DNA from: Eledone cirrhosa
Taxonomy: Eukaryota
Direction of reading: 5' to 3'
DNA: 64,000 bases
Assembly (NCBI GenBank): GCA_964016885.1
Contig: OZ024740.1
Span: 309,008,001 to 309,072,000, forward strand
Of the stretch, positions 1 through 14,220 are shown in pieces. The translations under genes were made by a program, and so were the position numbers. How positions within the stretch are numbered: position 1 is the stretch's first letter; each line of letters begins with the position of its first letter. The notes beneath the pieces were generated by a model. The model was not told where the DNA came from, ran no database searches, and saw only the letters and a list, made by a program, of their open reading frames with translations.

Positions 1-94
1 TGTATATATATATATGTATGTATGTATGTATATATATGTATGTATGTATATATATATATGTATGTATGTATGTATATATATATATGTATGTATG

Positions 95-125
<31 letters not shown>

Positions 126-431
126 ATATATATATATGTATGTATGTATGTATATATATATATGTATGTATATATATATATATGTATGTATATATATATA
201 TATGTATGTATGTATGTATATATATATATGTATGTATGTATATATATATATATATATGTATGTATATATATATGTATGTATGTATGTATGTATATATATA
301 TATATATGTATGTATATATATAGTATGTATATATATATGTATGTATGTATGTATGTATATATATATATATATGTATGTATATATATATGTATGTATGTAT
401 GTATGTATATATATATATGTATGTATGTATA

Positions 432-464
<33 letters not shown>

Positions 465-685
465 ATATATATATATATATACCTATGTATGTATGTATAT
501 ATATATATATGTATGTATATATATATATATGTATATATATATAAATGTATGTATATATATATATATATGTATGTATATATATATGTATGTATATATATAT
601 AAATGTATGTATATATGTATGTATGTATATATATATGTATGTATGTATGTATATATATATATATGTATGTATATATATATGTATG

Positions 686-716
<31 letters not shown>

Positions 717-1473
717 ATATATATGTATGTATGTATATATATATGTATGTATGTTATATATATATATATATGTATGTATGTATATATATATATATATGTA
801 TGTATATATATATATATATGTATGTATGTATATATATATATATATGTATGTATATATATATATATATGTATGTATGTATATATATATATATATGTATGTA
901 TATATATATATATATGTATGTATGTATATATATATATGTATGTATGTATATATATATATGTATGTATATATATATATATATGTATGTATGTATATATATA
1001 TATATATGTATGTATATATATATATATATGTATGTATGTATATATATATATATATGTATGTATGTATATATATATATATATGTATGTATATATATATATA
1101 TATGTATGTATATATATATTATATATATGTATGTATAATATATATATATATGTATGTATGTAATATATATATATATATGTATGTATATAATATATGTATG
1201 TATAATATATATGTATGTATATATATATTATATTTATGTATATATATATATGTATGTATATCTATATATATGTATGTATTATATATATAATGTATGTATT
1301 ATATATATCTATGTTATGTATATATATATATAATGTATGTATATATATATATGTATGTATGTATATATATATATATATGTATGTATGTATATATATATGT
1401 ATGTATATATATATATGTATGTATGTATGTATATATATATATATGTATGTATGTATATATATATGTATGTATG

Positions 1474-1504
<31 letters not shown>

Positions 1505-1525
1505 ATATATATATATGTATGTATG

Positions 1526-1556
<31 letters not shown>

Positions 1557-1601
1557 ATATATATATATATATGTATGTATATATATATATATGTATGTAT
1601 G

Positions 1602-1638
<37 letters not shown>

Positions 1639-1872
1639 GTATGTATATATATATATATGTATGTATGTATATATGTATGTATGTATATATATATGTATGT
1701 ATGTATATATATATGTATGTATGTATATATATATGTATGTATGTATATATATGTATGTAAGTATATATATATATATGTATGTATGTATGTATATATGTAT
1801 GTATGTATATATATATATATGTATGTATGAATAATCTATATATTATGTATGTAGTATATATATATATGTATG
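1..1872. repeat. (TA)n/(TATG)n compound microsatellite
   Basis: Alternating TA runs punctuated by TATG units. Confidence 0.98.
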
Positions 1873-2480
1873 TCAGGTCACCAGTTGGTGCTACTGGTAA
1901 CATGTATCCCAGTACAACCTGTCTCATGGTCGGGTCGTTGGCGACTAAACTGGCAACCCCACCAAGGTTTCTTGGTGAGGAGGGTGACTTTGGACATCCT
2001 GCAGGACTAAAAACAAAACCTGTCAAAGGGCAAAGGAGCTCTTAAGAGTCAATGGCCATCCAAAATCACCGGGAGAGATGACCCCTTAGCCTTTGTCAAG
2101 GCAGAATTCTAGGAGAAGGAAAACTCTGATATAACACCTGCAACCCTGATGGTATCTAATGATGTTGACTTGTTCTTCTTTTTGGTAAATATCATCTTGG
2201 TTAAGAGAGTGGGACTGGCTTTGTGCAGTGCCTTTGCTCACTATAAAAGCTTCACGGCACAGGCATTGCTTTATATCTGGAGATCTCTCTGCACTTGTCG
2301 TCACATGGTACCATGGGCCCAGCACTATGTGTCAATAATTGTCACAAGTGTAGTGTTTGTACCAGAGTTTTCAAGTCGCTGGCTGGACTAAAAAGTCACA
2401 CTCGTTCAGCGCATCGGTAGGGGTTCTCCTACATGGATATAGAGTAGTGGCCGTACTCGAAAACGAGTTTGCAGCCACCA
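1873..2480 (+). mobile_element. Non-autonomous bipartite RTE-derived retroelement (family A), copy 1
   Basis: 5' part resembles an RTE 5'UTR (ctaggagaaggaaaactctga). 3' part encodes C2H2 finger [23 protein letters not shown] (2349-2420), then hairpin ctcg-aaaa-cgag and an (ATGT)n tail. Three further copies in the window. Confidence 0.8.
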
Positions 2481-2487
2481 TGTATGT

Positions 2488-3095
2488 ATGTATCCCAGTA
2501 CAACCTGTCTCATGGTCGGGTCGTTGGCGACTAAACTGGCAACCCCACCAAGGTTTCTTGGTGAGGAGGGTGACTTTGGACATCCTGCAGGACTAAAAAC
2601 AAAACCTGTCAAAGGGCAAAGGAGCTCTTAAGAGTCAATGGCCATCCAAAATCACCGGGAGAGATGACCCCTTTAGCCTTAGTCAAGGCAGAATTCTAGG
2701 AGAAGGAAAACTCTGATATAACACCTGCAACCCTGATGGTATCCAATGATGTTGACTTGTTCTTCTTTTTGGTAAATAGCATCTTGGTTAAGAGAGTGGG
2801 ACTGGCTTTGTGCAGTGCCTTTGCTCACTATAAAAGCTTCACGGCACAGGCATTGCTTTATATCTGGAGATCTCTCTGCACTTGTCCTCACATGGGCCCA
2901 GCACTATGTGTCAATAATTGTCCTACCATGGGCCTAGCACTATGTGTCAATGATTGTCACAGGTGTAGTGTTTGTACCAGAGGTTTCAAGTCGCTGGCTG
3001 GACTAAAAAGTCACACTCGTTCAGCGCTTCGGTAGGGGTTATCCTACATGGATGTAAAGTAGTGGCCGTACTCGAAAACGAGTTGGCAGCCACCA
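2488..3095 (+). mobile_element. Family A, copy 2 (slightly 5'-truncated, in tandem with copy 1)
   Basis: Repeats copy 1 from atgtatcccagtac onward; internal duplication of catgggcc..gtcaat..ttgtc. Confidence 0.85.
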
Positions 3096-3389
3096 TATAT
3101 GTATGTATGTATATATATATGTATGTATGTATATATATATATATGTATGTATGTATATATATATATATGTATGTATATATATATATATGTATGTATATAT
3201 ATATATATGTATGTATGTATATATATATGTATGTATGTATATATATATGTATGTATGTATATATATATGTATGTATGTATGTATATATATATGTATGTAT
3301 GTATATATATATGTATGTATGTATATATATATGTATGTATGTATGTATATATATGTATGTATGTATGTATATATATGTATGTATGTATG

Positions 3390-3420
<31 letters not shown>

Positions 3421-3747
3421 ATATATATATATATGTATGTATATATATATATATGTATGTATGTATATATATATATATGTATGTATGTATATATATATAT
3501 ATGTATGTATGTATGTATATATATATATATGTATGTATGTATATATATATATATGTATGTATGTATGTATGTATATATATATGTATGTATGTATATATAT
3601 ATGTATGTATATATATATATATGTGTGTATGTATGTATGTATATATATATGTATGTATGTATATATATATGTATGTATATATATATATATATGTATGTAT
3701 ATATATATATATGTATGTATGTATATATATATATATATGTATGTATG

Positions 3748-3782
<35 letters not shown>

Positions 3783-3808
3783 GTATATATGTATGTATGT
3801 ATATATGT
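3096..3808. repeat. (TA)n/(TATG)n microsatellite
   Basis: Direct inspection. Confidence 0.97.
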
Positions 3809-6800
3809 ATCCGGACTGCCCGGCACTATAAAAGACAGATTCTATGAGACACTGATGCTAACTACCTCCCAAATATCCGACAGTGACTATATAATTATCG
3901 CAGGCGACCTAAATGGTCACGTTGGACAACATTGTGACGGCTACGACGAAATCCATGGAGGCTATGGGTTTGGTACTAGAAATGAGGAAGGCTCCAGAAT
4001 CCTGGAATTCTGTGATGCAAATAACCTAACTATCTGTAACACTAACTTCAAAAAACGTGACAATCACCTGATCACCTATAGATCCGGGGAACACACAAGC
4101 CAGGTAGATTATATCCTTACCAGAAGACGTGACAGAGTGTCTGTTGTTAACACTAAATCCCTCCCCCATGAAGAATGCACCTCCCAACATAGACTGATAA
4201 TTAGCGACCTCATAGTCAGGACGAGACGTACTCGACAACAGAAGAGGACTATCCTCAGGAGGAAAATATGGAAGCTAAAGGACCCCACAGCCAGGAATAA
4301 ATTTCAAAACATATTACTTGATGCTTTCGACAGTAAGGAAGAACATTTAGAGTCGGACAATATAGAGGGAGAGTGGGAATTTCTGAAAGCAAACCTGCTG
4401 TTGGCGACAGACGAAGTCTGTGGCTGGAGCAGGCCTGTAGGCAGGAGGAGAGTAACATGGTGGTGGAACAGTAGGGTGGAGGGGTCAATTAAGGCCAAAA
4501 AGCAGGCTTGGAAAGTATGGCGGGATGGGGGAAGTAGAGAGGACTATCAAGTGGCCAGGAGGGAAGCTAGGAGACAAGTGTACTTAGCAAGAAGGGAAGC
4601 TGAGGAAAGAAAGTTCAAGCATGTTCTACAACGCGATGACCAAAAACGTGAGGTGTTCAGGATTGCTAGGCAATGCGTCAAGGAAAACCGTGATATTGTC
4701 GGGGAGAAGTGTGTACTAAACGACGATGGCACACTTGCCATCACCGACGCTGATAAGAAGGTAGCTTGGAAGTGTCACTATGAAAGGCTACTAAATGAGG
4801 AGAATAATTGGGAGAAAGGCAGTCTCCCCCATATCGACCCAATAGAGGGACCAGCAGTGTTAGTCGAGGGGAGTATAATAAGTAAGGCAATCAAGGATAT
4901 GAAGACGGGTAAGGCGGCTGGGCCTTCGGAAATAGTTGCTGAGATGCTGAAGGCATCTGGCACGGTGGGACACACCATGGTCACCCGCATAGTTAACCAA
5001 GTCGTACAGAATGGGGTTGTTCCGAAGGACTGGCATAGCAGCATCATCGTTAACTGTTATAAGGGTAAAGGAGACGCCCTAGATAGGAGTAACTATAGAG
5101 GCATTAAATTAATCGACCAGGTCATGAAGGTCACGGAAAAAGTAATAGCGCAACTAATCAGAGAGAGAATTGACCTAGATGAAATGCAGTTCGGGTTTGT
5201 GTCAGGCAAAAGTACCACAGACGCTCTTTTCATAGTACGACAACTACAGGAGAAGTACCTAGCTAAAGGTAAACCCCTCTACTTAGCTTTTGTCGACTTG
5301 GAGAAAGCCTTCGACAGAGTCCCCCGCTCCATTATCTGGTGGGCTCTTAGAAAACTAGGCGTTGACAAATGGCTTGTGAGGGCTACACAAGCCATGTATA
5401 AAGAAACAGTCAGCAAGGTTAGAATTAACAACGAATATAGTGAAGAGTTTAGCGTAAAAGTTGGCGTCCATCAGGGCTCTGTTCTCAGCCCACTACTATT
5501 TATTATTGCCCTTCAGGCTATAACAGAGGAGTTCAAGACAGGCTGCCCATGGGAACTCCTATACGCAGACGACCTGACACTCATAGCGGAATCAATGGCC
5601 GAGCTAGAGAAGAAATTCCAAACATGGAAGCACGGCCTAGAGTCAAAAGGACTTAAAATTAACCTGGCTAAGACCAAAGTACTAGTTTGTAGGAAAGAAA
5701 ACAAGGCGGCGGTCCCTTCTGGGAAATGGTCGTGCTCGGTTTGTAGGAAAGGCGTAGGTAGAAACTCCATTTTATGTCCTAAATGCAAAGTATGGGTGCA
5801 TAAAAGATGTAGTGGGATCACAGGTAAGCTAACTAAGAACATAGATTTTACATGTGGCCGGTGCTCTGGTGCAATAAGTAGCAGCAAGTGCCCACAAACT
5901 ACTAGCTCTTTCAATTGCGCAGAGGGTTCTATAGAAATAGTGGACAGCTTCCGTTACCTGGGCGATAAAATCAGCAGTGGGGGAGGGTGCTCTGAAAGTA
6001 CTGTAGCTAGAGTCAGAACTGGTTGGAAAAAGTTCAGAGAGCTTATACCACTATTAGCTGCTAAAGGGTTCTCACTAAAAATGAAAGGCAGGTTGTACGA
6101 TGCCTGCATACGAACAGCAATGCTGCACGGCAGTGAGACCTGGGCATTGTGTGCAGAGGATATACGCAGACTAGAGAGGAACGAAGCTTGCATGCTCCGC
6201 TGGATGTGTAACAGTAATATACGTGAACGGCAAAGCATAAACGAACTAAGGAAAAAATTAGAGATAAGAGGGATCAGATGTTGTTTACTCGAGAGAAGGC
6301 TACGTTGGTATGGACACGTGATGCGCATGAAAGTCGATAGCTGTATAACAAAGTGCAGGGCAATAAAGATAGACGGTAGTCACGGAATAGGCAGACCTAG
6401 GAAAACCTGGGACGAGCTGATAAACTCCGACATCACACACTTACACCTCTCCAAGACAATGTCACTGGACCGAGACCTTTGGCGGTACTCAGTAACAGAG
6501 AAGACCCGCCTTACCTAAATATATAGTAAAACCTACTCCAGCCAGTAGGCATCTCTAACAAAATACACCCCGTCCCACCTCCCCCGCCCCCACCCCATCC
6601 ACACCACCCCGTTCTATGTAAAGTTATGTTGGTGCCGCGCCATCGAGGCCGAAACAAATGAGATCGTGTAGGTGTCACGACAAAAAAACACACAGTCCAC
6701 GCTGTAATGTGGCCGTGTAGGCAACACGGTAAAAACCTCCCAGACCCACACTGTAAATGTGGTTGGTGTTAGGAAGGGCATCCAACTGTAGAAAACCTGC

Positions 6801-6918
6801 CAGACAGTCCTATGCGAGCAAGACAATCACTCTTGCCTCAAGTGGGACTACCCCCGTCCAAACCCATGCAAGCGTGGAACACGGACGTTAAACGTTGATG
6901 ATGATGATGATGATGATG
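3809..6918 (+). mobile_element. RTE-clade LINE (family B), 5'-truncated, with 3'UTR and (GAT)n tail
   Basis: APE endonuclease motifs ([24 protein letters not shown]), RT motifs ([22 protein letters not shown]), RTE C-terminus ([15 protein letters not shown]). Confidence 0.95.
3810..6518 (+). pseudogene. RTE endonuclease/reverse transcriptase ORF, N-terminally truncated (the ORF-track start at 3099 is microsatellite read-through)
   Basis: Uninterrupted frame from SGLPGT to RLT*; the N-terminal part of the endonuclease is missing. Confidence 0.9.
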
Positions 6919-9316
6919 CCTATGTATCTATATATATATATATGCCTATGTATCTATATATATATATATATGCCTATGTATCTCTATATATATATATGCC
7001 TATGTATCTCTCTATATATATATGCCTATGTATCTATATATATATATATATGCCTATGTATCTATATATATATATATATGCCTATGTATCTCTCTATATA
7101 TATATGCCTATGTATGTATATATATATATATGCCTATGTATGTATATATATATATATGCCTATGTATGTATATATATATATATATACCTATGTATGTATA
7201 TATATATATATATATACCTATGTATGTATATATATATATACCTATGTATGTATATATATATATATACCTATGTATGTATATATATATATATACCTATGTA
7301 TGTATATATATATATATATATACCTATGTATGTATATATATATATATATACCTATGTATGTATATATATATATATATACCTATGTATGTATATATATATA
7401 TATACCTATGTATGTATATATATATATATACCTATGTATGTATATATATATATATATACCTATGTATGTATATATATATATATATACCTATGTATGTATA
7501 TATATATATATATACCTATGTATGTATATATATATATATATATACCTATGTATGTATATATATATATATACCTATGTTTGTATATATATATATATACCTA
7601 TGTATGTATATATATATATATATGCCTATGTATGTATATATATATATATACCTATGTATGTATATATATATATATATGCCTATGTATGTATATATATATA
7701 TATATGCCTATGTATATATATATATATATGCCTATGTATATATATATATATATGCCTATGTATGTATATATATATATATATGCCTATGTATGTATATATA
7801 TATATATATGCCTATGTATGTATATATATATATATGCCTATGTGTGTATATATATATATATGCCTATGTATGTATATATATATATATGCCTATGTATGTA
7901 TATATATATATATGCCTATGTATGTATGTATATATATATATGCCTATGTATGTATGTATATATATATGCCTATGTATGTATATATATATGCCTATGTATG
8001 TATGTATATATATATGCCTATGTATGTATATATATATGCCTATGTATGTATATATATATGCCTATGTATGTATATATATATGCCTATGTATATATATATA
8101 TATATATGCCTATGTATATATATATATATGCCTATGTATATATATATATATATGCCTATGTATATATATATATATATGCCTATGTATATATATATATATA
8201 TGCCTATGTATATATATATATATATGCCTATGTATATATATATATATATATATGCCTATGTATATATATATATATATGCCTATGTATATATATATATATA
8301 TGCCTATGTATATATATATATATATGCCTATGTATATATATATATATGCCTATGTATATATATATATATGCCTATGTATATATATATATATATGCCTATG
8401 TATGTATATATATATATATGCCTATGTATGTATGTATATATATATATATGCCTATGTATGTATGTATATATATATATATGCCTATGTATGTATATATATA
8501 TATATGCCTATGTATGTATATATATATATATGCCTATGTATGTATGTATATATATATATATGCCTATGTATGTATATATATATATATGCCTATGTATGTA
8601 TGTATATATATATATATGCCTATGTATGTATATATATATATGTATGTATGTATATATATATATGTATGTATGTATATATATATATATATGTATGTATATA
8701 TATATATATATGTATGTATATATATATATATATGTATGTATATATATATATATATGTATGTATATATATATATATATGTATGTATATATATATATATATG
8801 TATGTATATATATATATATGTATGTATGTATATATATATATATGTATGTATGTATATATATATATATGCCTATGTATGTATATATATATATATATGCCTA
8901 TGTATGTATATATATATATATATGCCTATGTATGTATATATATATATATATGCCTATGTATGTATATATATATATATATGCCTATGTATGTATGTATATA
9001 TATATATATGCCTATGTATGTATATATATATATATGCCTATGTATGTATATATATATATATGCCTATGTATATATATATATATGCCTATGTATGTATGTA
9101 TATATATATATATGTATGTATATATATATGTATGTATGTATATATATATATATGTATGTATATATATATATATGTATGTATGTATATATATATATATGTA
9201 TGTATATATATATATATGTATGTATATATATATATATATATGTATGTATATATATATATATGTATGTATATATATATATATATATGTATGTATATATATA
9301 TATATATGTATGTATA

Positions 9317-9355
<39 letters not shown>

Positions 9356-12300
9356 ATATATATGTATGTATATATATATATATATATATGTATGTATATA
9401 TATATATATATATGTATGTATATATATATATATATATGTATGTATATATATATATATATATGCCTATGTATGTATATATATATATATGCCTATGTATGTA
9501 TGTATATATATATATATGCCTATGTATGTATATATATATATATGCCTATGTATGTATATATATATATATGCCTATGTATGTATATATATATATATGCCTA
9601 TGTATGTATATATATATATATGCCTATGTATGTATATATATATATATATGCCTATGTATGTATATATATATATATATGCCTATGTATGTATATATATATA
9701 TATGCCTATGTATGTATGTATGTATATATATGTATATATGTATGTATATATATATATATATGCCTATGTATGTATATATATATATATGCCTATGTATGTA
9801 TATATGTATGTATATATATATATATATATATGCCTATGTATGTATATATGTATATATACCTATATATGTATATATACCTATGTATGTATATATGTATATA
9901 TACCTATATATGTATATATACCTATGTATGTATATATGTATATATGTATATATACCTATGTATGTATATATGTATATATACCTGTATGTATATATGTATA
10001 TATACCTGTATGTATATATGTATATATACCTGTATGTATATATGTATATATACCTGTATGTATATATGTATATATACCTATGTATGTATATATGTATATA
10101 TACTTATGTATGTATATATGTATATATACTTATGTATGTATATATGTATATATACCTGTATGTATATATGTATATATACCTATGTATGTATATATGTATA
10201 TATACTTATGTATGTATATATGTATATATACTTATGTATGTATATATGTATATATACCTGTATGTATATATACCTATGTATGTATATATGTATATATACT
10301 TATGTATGTATATATGTATATATACCTATGTATGTATATATGTATATATACCTATGTATGTATATATGTATATATACCTATGTATGTATATATGTATATA
10401 TACCTATGTATGTATATGTGTATATATACCTATGTATGTATATGTGTATATATACCTATGTATGTATATGTGTATATATACCTATGTATGTATATGTGTA
10501 TATATACCTATGTATGTATATATGCATATATACCTATGTATATATACCTATGTATGTATATATGTGTATATATACCTATGTATGTATATATGTGTATATA
10601 TACCTATGTATGTATATATGTGTATATATACCTATGTATGTATATATGTGTATATATACCTATGTATGTATATATGTGTATATATACCTATGTATGTATA
10701 TATGTGTATATATACCTATGTATGTATATATGTGTATATATACCTATGTATGTATATATGTGTATATATACCTATGTATGTATATATGTATATATATACC
10801 TATGTATGTATATATATACCTATGTATATATGTATGTATATATATACCTATGTATATATGTATGTATATATATACCTATGTATATATGTATGTATATATA
10901 TACCTATGTATATATGTATGTATATATATACCTATGTATATATGTATGTATATATATACCTATGTATATATGTATGTATATATATACCTATGTATATATG
11001 TATGTATATATATACCTATGTATATATGTATGTATATATATACCTATGTATATATGTATGTATATATATACCTATGTATATATGTATGTATATACCTATG
11101 TATGTATATATGTATTTATATACCTATGTATGTATATATGTATGTATATACCTATGTATGTATATATGTATATATATACCTATGTATGTATATATGTATA
11201 TATATACCTATGTATGTATATATGTATATATATACCTATGTATGTATATATGTATATATATACCTATGTATGTATATATGTATATATATACCTATGTATG
11301 TATATATGTATATATATACCTATGTATGTATATATGTATATATATACCTATGTATGTATATATGTATATATATACCTATGTATGTATATATGTATATATA
11401 TACCTATGTATATATATATCTATGTATGTATATATGTATATATATATCTATGTATGTATATATGTATATATATATCTATGTATGTATATATACCTATGTA
11501 TGTATGTATGTATATATACCTATGTATGTATGTATGTATATATACCTATGTATGTATATATGTATATATATACCTATGTATGTATGTATATATATACCTA
11601 TGTATGTATGTATATATATACCTATGTATGTATGTATATATATACCTATGTATGTATGTATATATATACCTATGTATGTATGTATATATATACCTATGTA
11701 TGTATGTATATATATACCTATGTATGTATGTATATATATACCTATGTATGTATGTATATATATACCTATGTATGTATGTATATATATACCTATGTATGTA
11801 TGTATATATATACCTATGTATGTATATATGTATATATATACCTATGTATGTATATATGTATATATATACCTATGTATGTATATATGTATATATATACCTA
11901 TGTATGTATATATGTGTATATATACCTATGTATGTATATATGTGTATATATACCTATGTATGTATATATGTGTATATATACCTATGTATGTATATATGTG
12001 TATATATACCTATGTATGTATATATGTATATATATACCTATGTATGTATATATGTGTATATATACCTATGTATGTATATATGTTTATATATATACCTATG
12101 TATGTATATATGTATATATATATACCTATGTATGTATATATGTATATATATATACCTATGTATGTATATATGTATATATATACCTATGTATGTATATATG
12201 TATATATATATACCTATGTATGTATATATGTGTATATATATACCTATGTATGTATATATGTATATATATATACCTATGTATGTATATATGTATATATATA

Positions 12301-13143
12301 TACCTATGTATGTATATATGTATATATATATACCTATGTATGTATATATGTATATATATATACCTATGTATGTATATATGTATATATATATACCTATGTA
12401 TGTATATATGTATATATATATACCTATGTATGTATATATGTATATATATATATCTATGTATGTATATATGTATATATATATATCTATGTATGTATATATG
12501 TATATATATATATCTATGTATGTATATATGTATATATATATATCTATGTATGTATATATGTATATATATATATCTATGTATGTATATATGTATATATATA
12601 TCTATGTATGTATATATATATCTATGTATGTATATATGTATATATATATCTATGTATGTATATATGTATATATATATCTATGTATGTATATATGTATATA
12701 TATATCTATGTATGTATATATGTATATATATATCTATGTATGTATATATGTATATATATATCTATGTATGTATATATGTATATATATATCTATGTATGTA
12801 TATATGTATATATATATCTATGTATGTATATATGTATATATATATCTATGTATGTATATATGTATATATATATCTATGTATGTATATATGTATATATATA
12901 TCTATGTATGTATATATGTATATATATATCTATGTATGTATATATGTATATATATATCTATGTATGTATATATGTATATATATATCTATGTATGTATATA
13001 TGTATATATATATCTATGTATGTATATATGTATATATATATATGTATGTATGTATGTATATATGTATATATATATATGTATGTATGTATGTATATATGTA
13101 TATATATATATGTATGTATGTATGTATATATGTATATATATAT
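6919..13143. repeat. 6.2-kb TA-derived minisatellite with zones marked by tgcctatg, tacctatg and tatctatg
   Basis: Units of roughly 20-30 bp; the marker motif changes block by block. Confidence 0.95.
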
Positions 13144-13692
13144 CTGTATAACAAAGTGCAGGGCAATAAAGATAGACGGTAGCCACGGAATAGGCAGACC
13201 TAGAAAAACCTGGGACGAGCTGATAAACTCCGACCTCACACACTTACACCTCTCCAAGACAATGTCACTGGACCGAGACCTTTGGCGGTACTCAGTAACA
13301 GAGAAGACCCGCCTTGCCAGTAGGCATCTCTAACAAAATACACCCCGTCCCGCCACCACCCCCACCCCATCCACACCACCTCGTTCTATGTAAAGTTATG
13401 TTGGTGCCGCGCCATCCAGGCCGAAACAAATGAGATCGTGTAGGTGTCACGACAAAAAAACACACAGTCCACGCTGTAATGTGGTCGTGTAGGCAACACG
13501 GTAAAAACCTCCCAGACCCACACTGTAAATGTGGTTGGTGTTAGGAAGGGCATCCAACTGTAGAAAACCTGCCAGACAGTCCTATGCGAGCAAGACAATC
13601 ACTCTTGCCTCAAGTGGGACTACCCCCGTCCAAACCCATGCAAGCGTGGAACACGGACGTTAAACGTTGATGATGATGATGATGATGATGAT
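13144..13692 (+). mobile_element. RTE family B 3' fragment (deletion variant ending RLASRHL*)
   Basis: Matches 6341-6918 apart from a 28-nt deletion and point changes; (GAT)n tail. Confidence 0.95.
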
Positions 13693-13990
13693 ATATATGT
13701 ATGTATATATGTGTATATATATGTGTATATATATATGTATGTATATATGTGTATATATATATATGTATGTATATATGTGTATATATATATGTATGTATAT
13801 ATGTATCTATATATATGTATGTATATATGTATCTATATATATATATGTATATATATATATGTATGTATATATGTATATATATATATGTATATATATATAT
13901 GTATGTATATATGTATATATATATATGTATGTATATATGTATATATATATATGTATGTATATATATATGTATGTATATATATATATGTAT

Positions 13991-14169
13991 GCTTGGGGAG
14001 GGACGTATTTGCGTAATATTGCCAGAATTAATAACAGAACACACTCACTGTTTGGTTGGTTTTCGCTTCTCGCTGTCTTTTATATCTGCGATCTAACTTA
14101 CTCGGTCCTCAATGTTGCCATTGACTGACCGACGGTCAAAAATAATACAGATACAATAAAAAACCTCGC
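13991..14169 (+). repeat. Short unclassified insert in TA array, distantly similar to family C
   Basis: gggaggg...ttgcca...aacacac.cac...tttc.cttc resembles 31789-31852. Confidence 0.4.
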
Positions 14170-14220
14170 TATATATGTATGTATATATGTATATATACCT
14201 ATGTATGTATATATGTATTT

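Noticed and set aside
2149-2391. 80-aa ORF recurring in family A copies
   Set aside because: Conserved only because the copies are young; the frame changes in copy 2 and no domain is recognisable.
3099-3809. Apparent N-terminal extension fused to the RTE ORF
   Set aside because: Microsatellite read-through into a truncated insertion.
5513-6328. Antisense ORFs conserved among RTE copies
   Set aside because: Shadows of the sense ORF in near-identical copies.
6919-13143. CRISPR-like regular array
   Set aside because: No unique spacers or cas genes, and the context is eukaryotic.
6895-13333. ORFs of over 2000 aa in three frames, and all other Y/I/M/C/V- or Y/I/H/T-rich ORFs
   Set aside because: Alternating TA/TG repeats rarely contain stop codons; all frames are open, so these are not genes.
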